Shown here: piece by piece, positions 23,959 through 37,160 of the stretch | How positions within the stretch are numbered: position 1 is the first letter of the stretch | Layout: each line of letters starts with the position of its first letter | Assembly (NCBI RefSeq): GCF_963921235.1 | Contig: NC_086097.1 | Span: 198,402,001-198,466,000, forward strand | Reading direction: 5' to 3' | Length of the DNA stretch: 64,000 nt | From: Mobula hypostoma | Taxonomy: Eukaryota | Program-made: the position numbers and the translations under genes | The notes under the pieces: model-generated | Told to the model about the DNA's origin: nothing | The model's database searches: none | Seen by the model: the letters and a program-made list of their open reading frames with translations, nothing else

Positions 23959-24919
23959 ACTTAAATTAGAACTTCTTTCTGGTTCTGTTGTTAAAACAAG
24001 TTTTACTTGTTTTCCTGTCATGGGATGGCTGTGTAAATATGCTGTACTCTATCTGCTCTATGATATGCTATGCTGCTTTGTAAAATAAGAATAAATAATA
24101 ATAAAAATTTGAATTACAAAAAAAAAGAAATTACATGAATTCCTTGGTGTCAGAATGCCTACAGCATGATTTATGGGGTTCTGGAAAGTCTAGAGTGGAG
24201 ATGAATCCTGGGTATGATTAAGAATCTTGGCTTACAAATCATCCAGAAAATGTAAGAGCTCTCTTGATCACCCAGCCATCTTCTCTCCACCCTCACCAAG
24301 TCCAAACCACAGAATGAAATAAATCCCTAAAACAGTTTATAGAATTCTGGTGCACAGCATTGAGAATAAAGTAGAAAGAATATGTAAATGAAAGAATAAA
24401 TAAATAGAAATTGCACACATATTTGTGTAAAGGGGGGAGGGGTCCAGTATTCATGCAGGCTTCTGGATATGGATTTTGGCAGCAACCATTGCCCAAGTAT
24501 CACATAAAACTATGCATTAATCTTGTCCTTGATAGGTCATGTTGAATTTTTCAAAGTAGATTTGATTTCATGTTTGTCTGAACTCCTTCTGCTTGTGCGT
24601 TTAAAATGAGGTTGCCTTCTTTTAAAAAGGAGTAACTTTATCCCTGTGGTCTATGACTGGCTTAAGGAGAAAATTGTTGCTGGCAGTGTCTCTGGAATGG
24701 ATCAATAAAAATAATCTAAGCAAACTTCAAAATAGGTTTGCTGAGGATCTTTTAGCAGCAGATGGCCCCACATTCTCCAGAAAATGGGTTGCAGCTTGTC
24801 ATTTTCATACAAAGAATATGCCCCAACAATCAGCTATGCTGTTTGCAAACACTCTGAGACTGCAAGTTGAGTTCAACTCAATTTTAAAATTATTCGAATG
24901 ACAAGTTATATATCTTTAA

Positions 24920-25320
24920 TCACTACCCCCAGGGTTATCATATCCATACAGATGGGCTTGTCAGCTGTGGTTGCCAGCTTATCCAGGAGAAAGAAAACAC
25001 TGATCTTAAACCTCTGCTGCCTTGCTACTATACCCACTTCTGGGGAAGGCTTTGGGGATAAACTCCAAGGAAAAATCTGGAGTTAGAGTCCCTAAGGCAA
25101 TCCTCCATTGAGTTCAGTGTTGGCTGGCAACTCTTGTGGTGGTGCTAGTGTCAAATTGTATCAGTCCCTGCCATTCCTTTGGATTCATCAGCTGCATGGC
25201 GAGGGGGAGCCTGCTGCCTGGGCAACAGCTTGCTCCCCCATATTGTACTGTCCTGGCTTGCGTACTAGCATGCCTGTCGACTACGATGCAACATCCGTGG
25301 TTGACCTTGGCAATGGAGAT
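24920..25320 (+). mobile_element. Probable RTE-related non-autonomous (SINE-like) element
   Basis: GC-richer island containing CAGGAGAAAGAAAACACTGATCTTAAACCTC, which resembles RTE-clade 5' UTR motifs as I recall them. No ORF homology; no TSD seen. Confidence 0.45.
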
Positions 25321-25914
25321 CTCTCTGGTACTGAATCTATCCTTTTGGAGATTTCCCTCTGTGCCTTTGGACAGTCACACCCATTGTACAATTTTTCTGG
25401 TGAGATATCTGTTAATATTATGCAAACAGAATAGAATCTTACTGTCCTTCATACCTTAAAGGGACTCTGTCTGACAGACATATACAATGGTGACCTGTTC
25501 AAAAATTTGTCACACCAACTCTCTTTTTTTATGGAAGACTTTTCAATGATCATGTAGTCATTTTAGTAAGAAAAAGGCTGGGGATAATAGGTATTTCATA
25601 CACTAATGAGTTGGCTTTGATGTTGTTTCTTTACAAACTGTAGATGAACACATCTTTAGTCTTGGCAGTTCAAAAACATATCTTGCAATTCTATTTTTCA
25701 GAAGTCTTTGATCATTATTTGTTAGTTGCAATTGAAGAGACACAGACATAGCGAAGTATTTTGTAAAAAGATCCTGTGTTAGGTACTCAGATGTTTACAT
25801 GATATGCTGCAAGGGCACATGGGTCTGTACTGCCAGGGGAACAGTGAACAAAAAACCATCTGATCAAACAGGCTTCATGATATCAAGAGACCCACCTTTG
25901 TGAAAATATTTTCC

Positions 25915-26720
25915 TTAGGAGCAGCAGCTGGCCAATCGGCTCTCAAGCCTGCTCTGTCTTTTGTTATGATTGTAATCTCACCTACACATTTCCATTTACC
26001 TGTGATCATCTTTCAAACCCCCTCCTTATCAACTTTCTATCTTAAAAATACCCTGCCATCCTCTGAGGAAGCGAGTTCTAAAGACTCATGGGCCTCTGAG
26101 AGAAAAAGATGTTTCTCATTTCTTAAATGGACAGCCCTTTATTTTGACATGTGACAACCTTATTCAAGATTCTTCTTCAAGTGGAAACATTTTCTGCACT
26201 TCCACCTTGTCAAGACCTTTCATGATTCAGTAAAGTCCCTGTTCACCTCTAAACTCAAATGTATACAAATCAGGCTTATCCAAATTTTCCTCTAAAGACA
26301 ATCCATCTATTCCAGGTGTATGTCCAATAGACCTTCTCTGAAGTGTTTCCATTGTATTAAAAATCTTCCATTCAAGAAGATTAATATTGTAAACAGTATC
26401 CTAGATGTGGTCTGACCAATACCCTATATAACTGAATCATAATCTCCCGACCTTCGTGTACAATTCTCCTAGCAGTAAACAGAAACATCCTGAGCTTCCC
26501 TTCCTGTTTCTCCTGAATACTAGCCTTTTGTTTCCGTCAAGTTAATTTCCCACTTTATGTTCACAAGAAGTTTTGTAATCATAGTTTTGGCCTCTTTATC
26601 CAAGTAATTTATAAAAATTATAAAAGACCAAGATCTCAGCAACAATCCCTACGGCACCACACTTGTTAGATCTTACCAACCAGAGAAAGACTCATATTTG
26701 CCCTACCCCCTGTTTAAATT
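25915..26720 (-). mobile_element. Old CR1 3' part
   Basis: Decayed CR1 RT end (SGAVGI..., IGQTTSRILF) and 3' UTR layout resembling younger CR1 copies in the window. Confidence 0.65.
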
Positions 26721-28124
26721 ACATAGTTATTAGGTGGCATAAAGGAGAATAGTTCTCCATAAATTTAAAAAAATCCTTTATTCTGATCTTCTCTGCAGGT
26801 AAAATCCTTGTTTTAAATACTGACCACACACAACGTAAAATGCAGCTAGAAAGTAAGGATCATAATAACTGAAAATAATCCACTTTACAACAAGTTGTTC
26901 AGATAATTATTCAAAGAATATATTCTCCTTTCAATCCAATTAATTCTACTTTCATTTACCAATGGAAAATCACTCATGGTACTTTATAGGATATACTAAA
27001 TCATTGCTCAGATTAATTGCTTCAAAGGAGTATAACCGGGTAAAACTGTTGGTAATCAAAGATAGATGCACTGCTTCACAATGTCATTCCATCAATGTGC
27101 TGGGCTGATGCTTTACACAGTTGCTCATTTTATAATGGAGTCTCTCGTCTGAGCTTGTCCTTTTAGGAGGGGCAAATTACAGAATATTTTCCATCTGTGT
27201 GTGCAATGTTCCTCATATTTTATTGTTTCTGTTACAAGCCTTTGCCTCTAATGATGTATTTGCTAACTACGGGAACCAGAATGACTGCAGAAGAAACGGA
27301 AGAAAAGCCCCAAGGAACGAAACAACTTTGCTTTGGGCTCAAACTCTATCATTGCAGTAATATTATGAGCCACAAATCTTAAATAAAAAGAGTAGTGGCT
27401 ACACAGCTTCAGTCTTTAACAAGGATGCACCAGTCAAATCAAGAATGGTTAATGACACATTCACATGGCACACAGTGCATTTGAATGTATCCATAAGACT
27501 CTAAGACATAAGAGCAGAGTTAAGTCATTTAGCCCATCAAGTCTGCTCTGTTATTCCCATCACAGCTACTTTATTATTCCTCTCAAATCTAGCTAACTGA
27601 TGCCACAATATTTAATAGTTATTCCTATTTAATAACAAGTGATAACTGAACATTATGACAGTGTTTTTCACTATGCTTTCACGACTATTCATATTTAAGG
27701 ATGACGATCAGATATTGTTGTAAAATATTTTGTCTTAAAATTATACATTTGTGTCCCCTGGGTTTCACCAAAGTTTCTGAACCCTGTTTCAATTTTCTCT
27801 ATGTCACTATTGTCTGGCTACTGGATGGCTGCTTCCTATCACTTAGAATCAACATTGATGACGCAAGTAGCTCATAAAAAGGATTAAATTGATGAACAAG
27901 GACAATTAAAGAGGTAGAGTGAGATTGTGAGCCCTGAGGCAGAATTAAAAGTTCTGCCTAAAGTACTATAGAGGCAGTTGACTTGGTGTCCAGTTGAGGG
28001 GGAAGGGGCATTGATGTGCTGAACCTATGCACCACGCTATCTCCTAAGGACTCAACAAATGAAGCGCAACAATTGGATGGTGCTATTGAATCACCCTCTA
28101 GACCCTGACCACCAGTAATGAAAA

Positions 28125-28480
28125 ATAAAAACAGCAGAATCTGGGAATCTGAAATATAAACAGAAGATAATGGAAATGCTCAGCAAGTCAGATATCACAT
28201 GAAGGAGGGAAAAAAAGCTAACCTAACAGGTCAGGCCCTTTGTCAGAACTAACAAACTGAGGAAACAAGCTAATTTTATGCATTGGAGAGGGAGTTAGGT
28301 CATGGCTAGGACAGAGGATAAAATCTCAATAGACTGAGGCCACAGTTTCCTTCAGGCTAATTTTAAGCCATTTGGTTAACAGTTTAATGAGGAAACTTAG
28401 AGGGAAAAAAGCACAAATAAAAGATACATAAAAGCTGTGATATCCAGGGCTATAAGAAATTCTCAATAGGTCAGGGTGAA
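28125..28480 (-). mobile_element. Old PLE terminal-repeat remnant
   Basis: Tail-like AAAACAGCAGAATCTGGGAATCTGAAA...CTCAGCAAGTCAG, with a decayed core (minus GTTCTGACAAAGGG). Confidence 0.5.
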
Positions 28481-28939
28481 TTGATGAAGAGAGCAGAATT
28501 GAGATAGTTACGTAAAGGGTGACTTACATTATGACTAAAACCAAATAAACTGAGTAACACAGGATTCTGCTCCTAATTAAGGTTTGTGGGAGTTGAAGAC
28601 ACATGTCTGCTCATTTATATGAGAAATTATCTTCCAAATACACTTTCTTTCCTTCAGTATAAGAGCAATCTGCCCCTAAGTGACATCTTTCTACATATGC
28701 AAGAGGCAATCTGCTGTGCTACATGGGTAACAGGTCTGTGTCAACTGAATACAGTATTATGCTTATGATTGTAACTTTAGTGGTTTACAAGAGCAACCCG
28801 TGGAATCCCTCTGCTCCATGGGAATATCAAACTGTTCCCTTGAAGTATGTTGCTGCTCTTCCTCGTGTCACAGAGTCTAGCGCCCTGCAATGAAATCATA
28901 CCTTGCTCAGTGAGAAGATGACTCCATGACAAAGGGCCA

Positions 28940-29660
28940 TGACTCCATGATGGACACTAGCCTCACCAACATCGAGGACATCTTCAAAAGGCGATGCCTC
29001 AAAAAGGCAGCATCCATCATTATGGACACCCATCACTTAGAACCTGCCCTATTCTCATTACTACCATCAGGAAGAATGGAGAAGATACTGGAGCCTGAGT
29101 GTCCAGCCTGCACGCGTCGGCACCTCCAAGTCTCCTCCAGCTAACAAGCGTCACTTGCCATTTGTTTCCAACTCATCCCTTGCAGCCTACTTAAACCAGG
29201 ATCTCATACACAGTCCTTGTTCACCCCTTGAACCAGCCAGCCCCAGCCATTTGCTGTTAGTCTTCAGTTACCTTGTTGCCTGTGGTGTTTAGTACCTGTT
29301 CTCTTATTTTGTAGCCTCTCGTCACTTGTTATTTTTGCAGTCTATGACTGAGGTTATCATTGCTGAATCAACTCCACTGGTCTGCCTTTGGGTCAAGCCT
29401 CCCCTACATTTCCTGACACCTGAAGACACACAGTCAGCAATTTAGGAACAACTCTTTCCCCTCTGCCATCAGATTTATTAATGGTACATGAACTCATGAA
29501 AACTACCTCATTATTTTTGATCTCTTTTTCACTACTTGTATTTTATATCTGTATATTTCTTATTGTAATTTTGGTATTTTATGTACATGTTGCACTGTAC
29601 TGCTGTGCAAAACAACAAATTTCACAACATATGTCAATGATAATAAACCTGATTCCGAAT
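28940..29660 (+). mobile_element. Rex1/Babar-type LINE 3' fragment
   Basis: IEDIFKRRCLKKAASIIMD..H...LFSLLPSGR, then 3' UTR ending AATAAACCTGATTCCGA. Confidence 0.8.
29100..29418 (+). mobile_element. Probable solo LTR
   Basis: TGTC...GACA ends. CCTGA on both flanks, with one extra base on the left. Interrupts the LINE coding sequence. Confidence 0.55.
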
Positions 29661-29819
29661 ACTTAACTGGGGAGGAACAAGTGTCAGGTGTAAATGGTCG
29701 GTGATGAGTTGAAGGTGGCGGTTGGTTACGGAGAGCTTTCATGTATCAATGAAATTTACTTCGAGGTATCAGGACAAATCATGAAATTTCTTTTGACGTT
29801 ACTCATTTTTAAGGATGTC

Positions 29820-29997
29820 CTCATGTCTTACATAGTCTAGTGTAGCCTCGTGTTGTCTCACTTGGTCTCGTGTAGTTTTGTGTTGTTTCATGTAGCACCA
29901 TGGTCCTGGAGGAATGTTGTTTCATTTTTACTGTGTACTGTTCCAGCAGTTTATGGTCGAAACGACAATAAAAAGCGACTTGACTTGATTTGACTTG
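29820..29997 (+). mobile_element. LINE 3' end with (GACTT)n tail
   Basis: ACAATAAAAAGCGACTTGACTTGATTTGACTTG, preceded by short internal repeats. Confidence 0.65.
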
Positions 29998-30334
29998 GTG
30001 ACCAGGCAACAGTTGCCCTTACTCATCGAGTTCTGTGAACGGTAGCCCACAAGATGTGTTGGTCTCCTAAAGCACAGTAGATCTGATCTGGACCCAACTG
30101 CTCTTATTTTAAGCTAATGTCCTGTAGGGTGAGTGTAGTGTTCTACCCGTCTTTCTTGTTTCCTCGGCCTACTCTTTGGCAGCAGTAATGTGTGTTGCAG
30201 TTGTCTTTATGTGATGAAAAGTGGGCCCTATAGTGCTAAAGCTTTATTTAATATCCCAGTTTTTTTGTTACTGATTTTTCTACTGATTTTGAGTTTGGAA
30301 GGTAAAGATAGATGTCCGTTCCTGCCACACGGGA

Positions 30335-31682
30335 CACTCACCAATATGCTTACTGACAGACTGCTCTATGACAGATGCCATAACATTTGTCATGCACCTG
30401 GCCCTGATACAGCTAGAGAACAAGGACACTTATGTTAGAATACTCTTACCGGATTTCAATTCGCCATTCAACACCATTGTCCCACAGACCTTGGAGAGCA
30501 AACTCCTACCCCTCGGTCTAAATAAACCACTGCACAACAGGGTGTTGGTCTTCCTAACCAGCAGACCTCAGACGGTCAGGATGCACAACTCATATCCCTA
30601 TAATGCTCAGCACAGTTGTCCTCCAGGGCTTTGTACTGAGTCCACAGCTATATACTCTGCACACACACCACTGCATGGCCAAACTCCTGAGCAATCACAT
30701 TGAAAAGTTCGCTGATAACGCAGTGGTGGTGGGGCTCATCACCAATAACAACGATACAGCCTGCAGAGAGGAGGTGGAAGAGCTCAAGGCCTGGTGCCAG
30801 GCAAATAACTTCTTCCTCAATGTCAACAAGACAACGGAGATGGTTATCAATTTCAGGAGAACTTGTATCATTCTCATTCCTCTTTCCATCAGCTTCACAG
30901 CAGTGGTAACTGCGAGCAGTTTCAAACTCCTGGCAGTGCACTTCTCGCTTGACCTCTCATGATCTCAGAACATATTACACACAATCAGGAAAGGACATCA
31001 ATGCCTCTATTTTTTGAGGAGGCTGCAGAGAGCTGGACTGTGCACACCAATATTCGTCACTATCTACAGGTACACAGTAGAGAGCATCCTAACGTGCTGT
31101 GTCAATGCATGGTATGGAAACTGCACTGTGGTGGACAGGAAAGCTTTACAACAGGTGGTCAAACACTACCAGTGCATCATGACCACCAGCCTACCTGCCA
31201 TCAAGGACATATATACAGAAATATTCTGGGAACAGGCCAGCAATATCGTGATGAATCCCACCCACTCTGCTCATGGGCGGCTTTCCCACTCTGATCAGGG
31301 AGGAGGCTACAGAGAAACCACGCCCGGCCTATCAGACTCAAAAACAGTAACTTTCCCCAAGAAGTAAGGTTTATCAACACCTCCATTCACACAACCCACT
31401 CCACCACACCCCCTAGCACCACTCTTTATCATTTCCTGTCAGATATACCTTATGTACAGACACTCTTGTACCTAACATCTCTTTCTGTACATACTGTATA
31501 ATCAACCTATATGTACTGGATCAGCTATCTTATGAATTTATCTTTATTGCATGTTTTTATTATTGTATTCTTTATCTTCATGTGTTTTTACATGTTGCAT
31601 CACATCTGAATTAACAATTATTTTGTCTCCTTTACATCTTGTGTACTGGAAATGATATTAAACAATCCTGAATTGTGAATTG
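30335..31682 (+). mobile_element. Rex1/Babar-type LINE RT and 3' UTR, degenerate
   Basis: [47 protein letters not shown]. Frameshifted. Confidence 0.88.
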
Positions 31683-31967
31683 TATGTCAGATTGGGTAAA
31701 ATGGGTGGACTTTGCTCCTCTCATTCTGAGAAGCAAGAACAGAGATCATTAGTCCAAAGGACTGGGATCCATTGAAATGAAGGGAGGATATGCCCATAAT
31801 TGCCCTGAACACTGAACAACTTTTATGGTACTTGCAAGAGAAACATGAAATTTTCTAATTTCAAGAATAGTGGAAGCATGTTTCTCCCATTAAAGAAGTT
31901 TGGACACTGGAGTTCATGATATGCTGTGTGCAACTTATCTCATAATATTGAGGGCATGGCCTTTTAC

Positions 31968-33365
31968 AGGTCAAAATCAAAGTAAATTTTATCATCAGAG
32001 TACATGATGGCAGCAGTGAGAAAAGAACATTGCCTGGGAAGGCAGGATCTCTGATGACAGTTGCTGCTTTCCTGTGAGAGTGTTTCATGTAGATGTGCTC
32101 AGTGGTTGGGAGGGCTTTACCCGTGATGTAGTGGGCCAAATCCACTATCATTTGTAGGATTCTCCACTCAAATGCATTGGTGTTTGCATACCAGCCCCTG
32201 ATGCACTCTCCACTACACATCTGTAGAAGTCCGTCAAAGTTTTAGATGTCATGCTGAACCTCTGCAGACTCTTAAGAAAGTAGAAGCACTATCATGTTTT
32301 CTTCACAAATACACTTACATGCTGGGTCCAGAACAGGTCCTCTGAAATAAGAACACCCAGGAATTTAAAATTGCTAACCCTCTCCACCTCTAATCCTCCA
32401 AGCTCAGGGACTCCGGTTTCCCTCTCCTGATGTCTACAATCAGTTCCTTCGTCTTATTGACATTGAGTGAGAGGTTGTTCCTATCACACCACTCAGACAA
32501 ATTTTCAACCTCCTTCCTGTATGCTGATTTATCACCTCCTTTGATTCGGCCCACAACAGCAAACTTGAATATGATATTAGAGCTGTGCTTTGTCACCGTC
32601 ATAGGTGTAAAGCGAGTAGAGCATGGGTCTAAGCACAAAGCCCTGTGGTGCACCTGTGCTGATAGAAATCATGAAAGAAATGTTGTGATCAAGCTGAACT
32701 GACTGGGGTCTACAAGTGAGGAAATCCAGGATCCAATTGCATAATAAGTTACCGAAGCCAAGGTCTTGGAGCTTATTAATTAGTTTTGAGGGGATGATGG
32801 CAAGAATGGTTAAATGCTGAGCTTCCTGATGTATGCAGCTTTGCTATCCAGATGTTCCAGGATTGGGTGAAAAGCCAACGAGGTGGCATCTGCTGTGGAC
32901 CTGTTGCCGTAATAGGCGAATTGGAGTGGATCTAAGTCACTTCTCAGGTAAGAACTGGTATGTTTCATCACCAGCCTCTCAAAACACTTTAGCACTGTGG
33001 ATGTAGGTGCAACTGGGTGATAGTCATTGAGACAGGTCATCACGCTTTTCTTGGGCACAGGTGTGATTGAAGCCAGCCTAAAGGAGGTGGGTACCACACA
33101 CTGACAAAGCGAGAGGTTAAAGATCTCAGTGAGCACACCAGCCAGTTGATCAGCACAGGTATTTAGTATGTGGCCAGGTACCCCATCTGGTCCAGATGCT
33201 TTCCTTGGATTCACCCTCTTGAAGTTAGCCCGCACGTCAGCTTCAGATACTGAGACCGAAGGATTATTGGGAGATTTGGGAATTCGCGATGGTACCTCCA
33301 TGTTCTGATGGTCAAAGCCAGCGTAGAAGTCTTTGAGCTCATCTGGAAGCAAAGTCCTGCTATCT
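31968..33365 (-). mobile_element. Rex1/Babar-type LINE RT, degenerate
   Basis: ORF 32810-33370 (NPRKASGPDGV, CADQLAGV, PVPKK, LNDYHPVA, LDPLQFAY) plus downstream RT pieces. Confidence 0.9.
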
Positions 33366-33789
33366 CTCATTCTGCTTGCTTTAACTTTATAGGAATTTAT
33401 AGCATTCGAACACCTGTAAACCTTTCAACAATGTTTCTTTGTGAAGTAGCTGCCAACTTGTCTTTTTGCAGAAAATCAATGCATATTGCTTTATAAGTTC
33501 TTTATTTAATAAATCACCTTTTCATTTAATTTCTTGATTAGAGTCAAGTATCATAGAGACAAATACTGAAGCAGAAATAAACAAACTGCTAGAAGAACTC
33601 CATTTCAGGGTAGCCCAAAATATCAGCAATCCCTTCCACCCTCAGCTCAACCTGTTGAGTTCTTCCTGCAGTTTGTTTGTTTTGATCCAGGTTCCACCAT
33701 CTGCAGCCTTTTATGTCTCCAGAGAAATACTGATGATACGTTGTCAGAAAAGCAAATTCCTGAAAATCAGAATCAGAATCCAGATTCAC

Positions 33790-35722
33790 AAACATGAGAA
33801 AATCTGCAGATGATTGATATACATAGCAACACACACAAAATGCTGGAGGAACTCAGCAGGCCAGGCAGCATCTATAGAACAGAGTAAACAGTCAACACTT
33901 CAGGCCAAGACCCTTCCTCAGGACTGGAAAGAAAGAGGAGAAGCCAGAGTAAGAAGGTGAGGGGAGTGGAGGAAGAAGAACAAGATGGTAGGTGATGGGT
34001 GAAACTTGGAGAAAGGGAGGAGGTGGAGTAAAAAGCTGGGAAGCTGATTGGTGAATTGAATTGAATTTACTTTATTTCTTACACCCTTCACATACATGAG
34101 GAGTAAAAATCTTTACATTATGTCTCCATCTACAGTCAATGTAAAATAGAAATACACTCAAATCAGTGTGACTTAATCAGTCTAATGGCCTGGTGGAAGA
34201 AGCTGTCCCGGAGCCTGTTGGACCTCGCTTTTATGCTGCAGTACCGTTTCCCGGATGGTAGCATCTGGAATAGACTGTGATTAGGGTGACTCAGGTCTCC
34301 AATGATCCTTCGGGTCCTTTTTGCACACCTGTCTTTGTAAACGTCCTGAATCGTGGGAAGTTCACATCTACAGATGCCCTGGGCTGTCCACACAACTCTC
34401 TGCAGAGTCCTGTGATTAAGGGAGGTACAGTTCCCATACCAGGCAGTGATGAAGGGCTGGAAAAAGGGGAATCTGATAGGAGAGGATAGAGGACCTTGGA
34501 ATAAAGGAAGGAGAAGGAGCCCAGAGGGAGGTGCTGGGCAGGTAAGGAGATAAAGTAAGGGGGAAACAGAAATAGGGAATTATGAAGGAAGGGACAATTA
34601 CCAGAAGTTTGAGAAATCAATGTTGATGCGAACAGTTGGAGGCTACCCAGACAGAATATAAGGTGTTGATAGTGGACAAAGGGAAACCCCTTTCTTTGAA
34701 GAAGGAGGACTTCTCAGTTGTTCTGGAATGAAAAGCCTCATCCTGAAAGCAGATTCTGTGAAGGTGGAGGAACTGAGAGAGGGGGATGACGTTTTTACAG
34801 ATGACAGGGTGAGAAGAGGTATAGTCCAGGCCGCTGTGAAAATCAGTGGGTTTATAAAAGATAACAGTAGATATACTGATCCAGAAATGGGGACAGAGAG
34901 ATTGAGAAGGGGAAGGGATGAGTCAGAAATGGACCAAGCAAGTTTGAGGGCTGGGTGGAAGTTGGAGGCAAAGTTGATGAGGTTGATAAGCTCAGCATGG
35001 GTCCAGGAGCAGCAACAATGCAGTCATTGATGTAGTGCAGGAACAGTTGGAGAGTGATACCAGTGTAGGCTTGGAACAAAAACTGTTCCACAAAGCCAGC
35101 AAAAAGGTAGGCATAGCTGGGACCCATGCGAGTGCCCACGACTATGTCTTTGGTTTGGAGGAAGTGGGAGGAGTTGAAGGATATATTATTAATGGTGAGG
35201 ACCAGTTCCTCCAGACAGAGGAGAGTAGTGGCGGAGGGGAACTGGTTGAGTCAGTTGTCCAAAAAGAAGAGGAGAGTTTTAAGGCCTTCCTAATGGGGGA
35301 TGGAGGTGCCTAGGAACTGGACAACAACAGTGAAAATAAGACAATTAGGGCCAGGGAACTTAAAGTTACTGAAAAGATCAAGAGTGTGTGAACTGTCAGG
35401 GATGTAGGTAGGAAGGGTCTGAACCGGGGGGGGTGAAGCTGAGTCAAGGTATGCAGGTATAATTTTGGTGAGGCAGGGACAAACAGCAACAATAAGTCTA
35501 CCTGGACAGACAGGTTTATGGATCTTGTTTAGGAGGTAGAAACAGGAGGTGCAGGGTAAGGGAACTATGAGGTTGGTGGTGGTGGATGGGAAATCCCCAG
35601 AGTTGATAGGTTGGCGATGGTATGGGAAACAGTGGCCTGGTGTTCCTTAGTGGGGTCCTGTTCAAGGGATAAGAAAGAGGATGTGTCTGAGCATTGTTGC
35701 CTGACCTCAGCAAGGTAAAGGT
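33790..35722 (-). mobile_element. Neptune-type PLE, degenerate and internally deleted
   Basis: MGTRMGPSYAYLF...YIND. Tail-bearing terminus at 33790 and decayed hammerhead at 33889-33926. Lies inside a LINE (TTCTGA)n tail. Confidence 0.85.
34052..34450 (-). mobile_element. Rex1/Babar-type LINE 3' end nested in the PLE
   Basis: ORF 34163-34393 (HPNHSLFQMLPSGKRY...RLRDSFFHQAIRL) and (CAATT)n tail. Confidence 0.85.
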
Positions 35723-35983
35723 CAGAATCTGGTTTATTACCACTGTCTATTATGATGTGAAATATGTCGTTTTGCGGCAACCCTAAAGTGCAAAGTCATA
35801 TGTAAAATTACTATAAATTACTAAATAAAAACTGTGCAAACCAAGTAATAATGAAGTAGTGTTCATGGTAAATGGTGAAATATAAATCCCTTGCCTGAAA
35901 ATTCAGATAGTGCAATGAGAAACAGTAAACTGTGCGGAATAGCTGTGTTACTGGATTTTCAGCCAATCAAACCAGCCCAAAGT

Positions 35984-35984
<1 letters not shown>

Positions 35985-36041
<57 letters not shown>
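35985..36041 (+). repeat. (GA)n microsatellite
   Basis: Seen directly; one interruption. Confidence 0.97.
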
Positions 36042-36042
<1 letters not shown>

Positions 36043-36149
36043 TGGGACATTTACACTAACTCCTCAAGGCAAAACAGAACAGACAAATATAAATACGCCA
36101 TTATATCTCATTAGCCACAAGGGCTTACATAAAGCCCTCAAATGAGGCC

Positions 36150-36320
36150 CTAGGGAATGCATTGGATGCATTACAAGCACGCCGCAATCAACCTAGAAAT
36201 GAAATGTTGAATGTTACAGGTTTTTTTTCTTGCAATTAGGAGCAAGGAGAATCCTTTGATACTTTCCTAATGATGCTAGGATTGTTAACAGTATTTGCCT
36301 AAAGCCATTTGCATTGTTTG
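36150..36320 (+). mobile_element. Possible Gypsy gag remnant
   Basis: Reads PRNEML.CYRFFSCN*EQGESFDTFLMMLGLL, resembling the retrotransposon gag Q..GES...F...L motif. Confidence 0.45.
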
Positions 36321-37160
36321 TAGAATCTGAGAGCCCAGCATGAAGGAATGGTTGTTAAGTGATGCAGAGTTAACTGTTGAACAGTGTATACTGTATGCTG
36401 CCTCCCGGGTGCCAGGGCCCAAGACATTTCAGATAGAGTCCTCAGGGAGGGTGAACAGCCAGAAATCATGGTCCACGCAGGTACCAATGATATGGGTAGG
36501 ATGAGTGTTGAGGTTCTGTATCCAGAGTTCAGGAAGGTAGGTGCTAAGTTAAAGGGCAAGACCTCCAGGTTTGCTATCCATGCCACATGCTAGTGAGGCG
36601 AGAACAAGGAAGATTATACAATTTAATACATGGCTAAGGAGTTGGTGTAGGAGGGAGGGCATAAGATTTTTTGGTCATTGGGCTCTCTTCCAGGGAAAGT
36701 AAGACCTGTACTGAAGGGATAGTTTGCACCTGAACTGGAAGGGGACTAATATCCTAATAGGAAGGTTTGTTAATGTTGACAGATGGGGTTTAAACTAGAC
36801 TAGCAGGGGGATGGGAACCAGAGTGCCAAACATCTCATGGAGAGGCTGCGGAGGCAGATGTTGCGAAGACCTCTGACTAAGTTAGGAACCAAAAGGTTGA
36901 ACATGGTGTGACTAGTGTCCTGAACTGTGTATATTTCAATGCAAGAAGTATCAAGGGAAAGGCAGAATGACTATGAGCTAATTGGTTTACAGAGACAATG
37001 TATAGTGAAGAGAGGTTGTTGATAAGGCAAAATTGCAGTCACCAGGATGAGTTCCAATGTAAAAGGGCGGCAAACTCATAAAGGGTGAATACAGGACTGA
37101 AGGTGTTGTATTTGAAAGCACACAGCATACGGGATAAGGTAAATGAACTTGTACACTGTT

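Larger units (their letters stand above)
18558..24125 (+). mobile_element. Full-length L1 LINE, disabled
   Basis: 5' UTR, ORF1, spacer, ORF2, 3' UTR with AATAAA and A-tail. 16-bp TSD AGAAATTACATGAATT at 18542-18557 and 24126-24141. Confidence 0.95.

Noticed and set aside
35932..36114. (ER)n ORF
   Set aside because: Translation of the (GA)n microsatellite.
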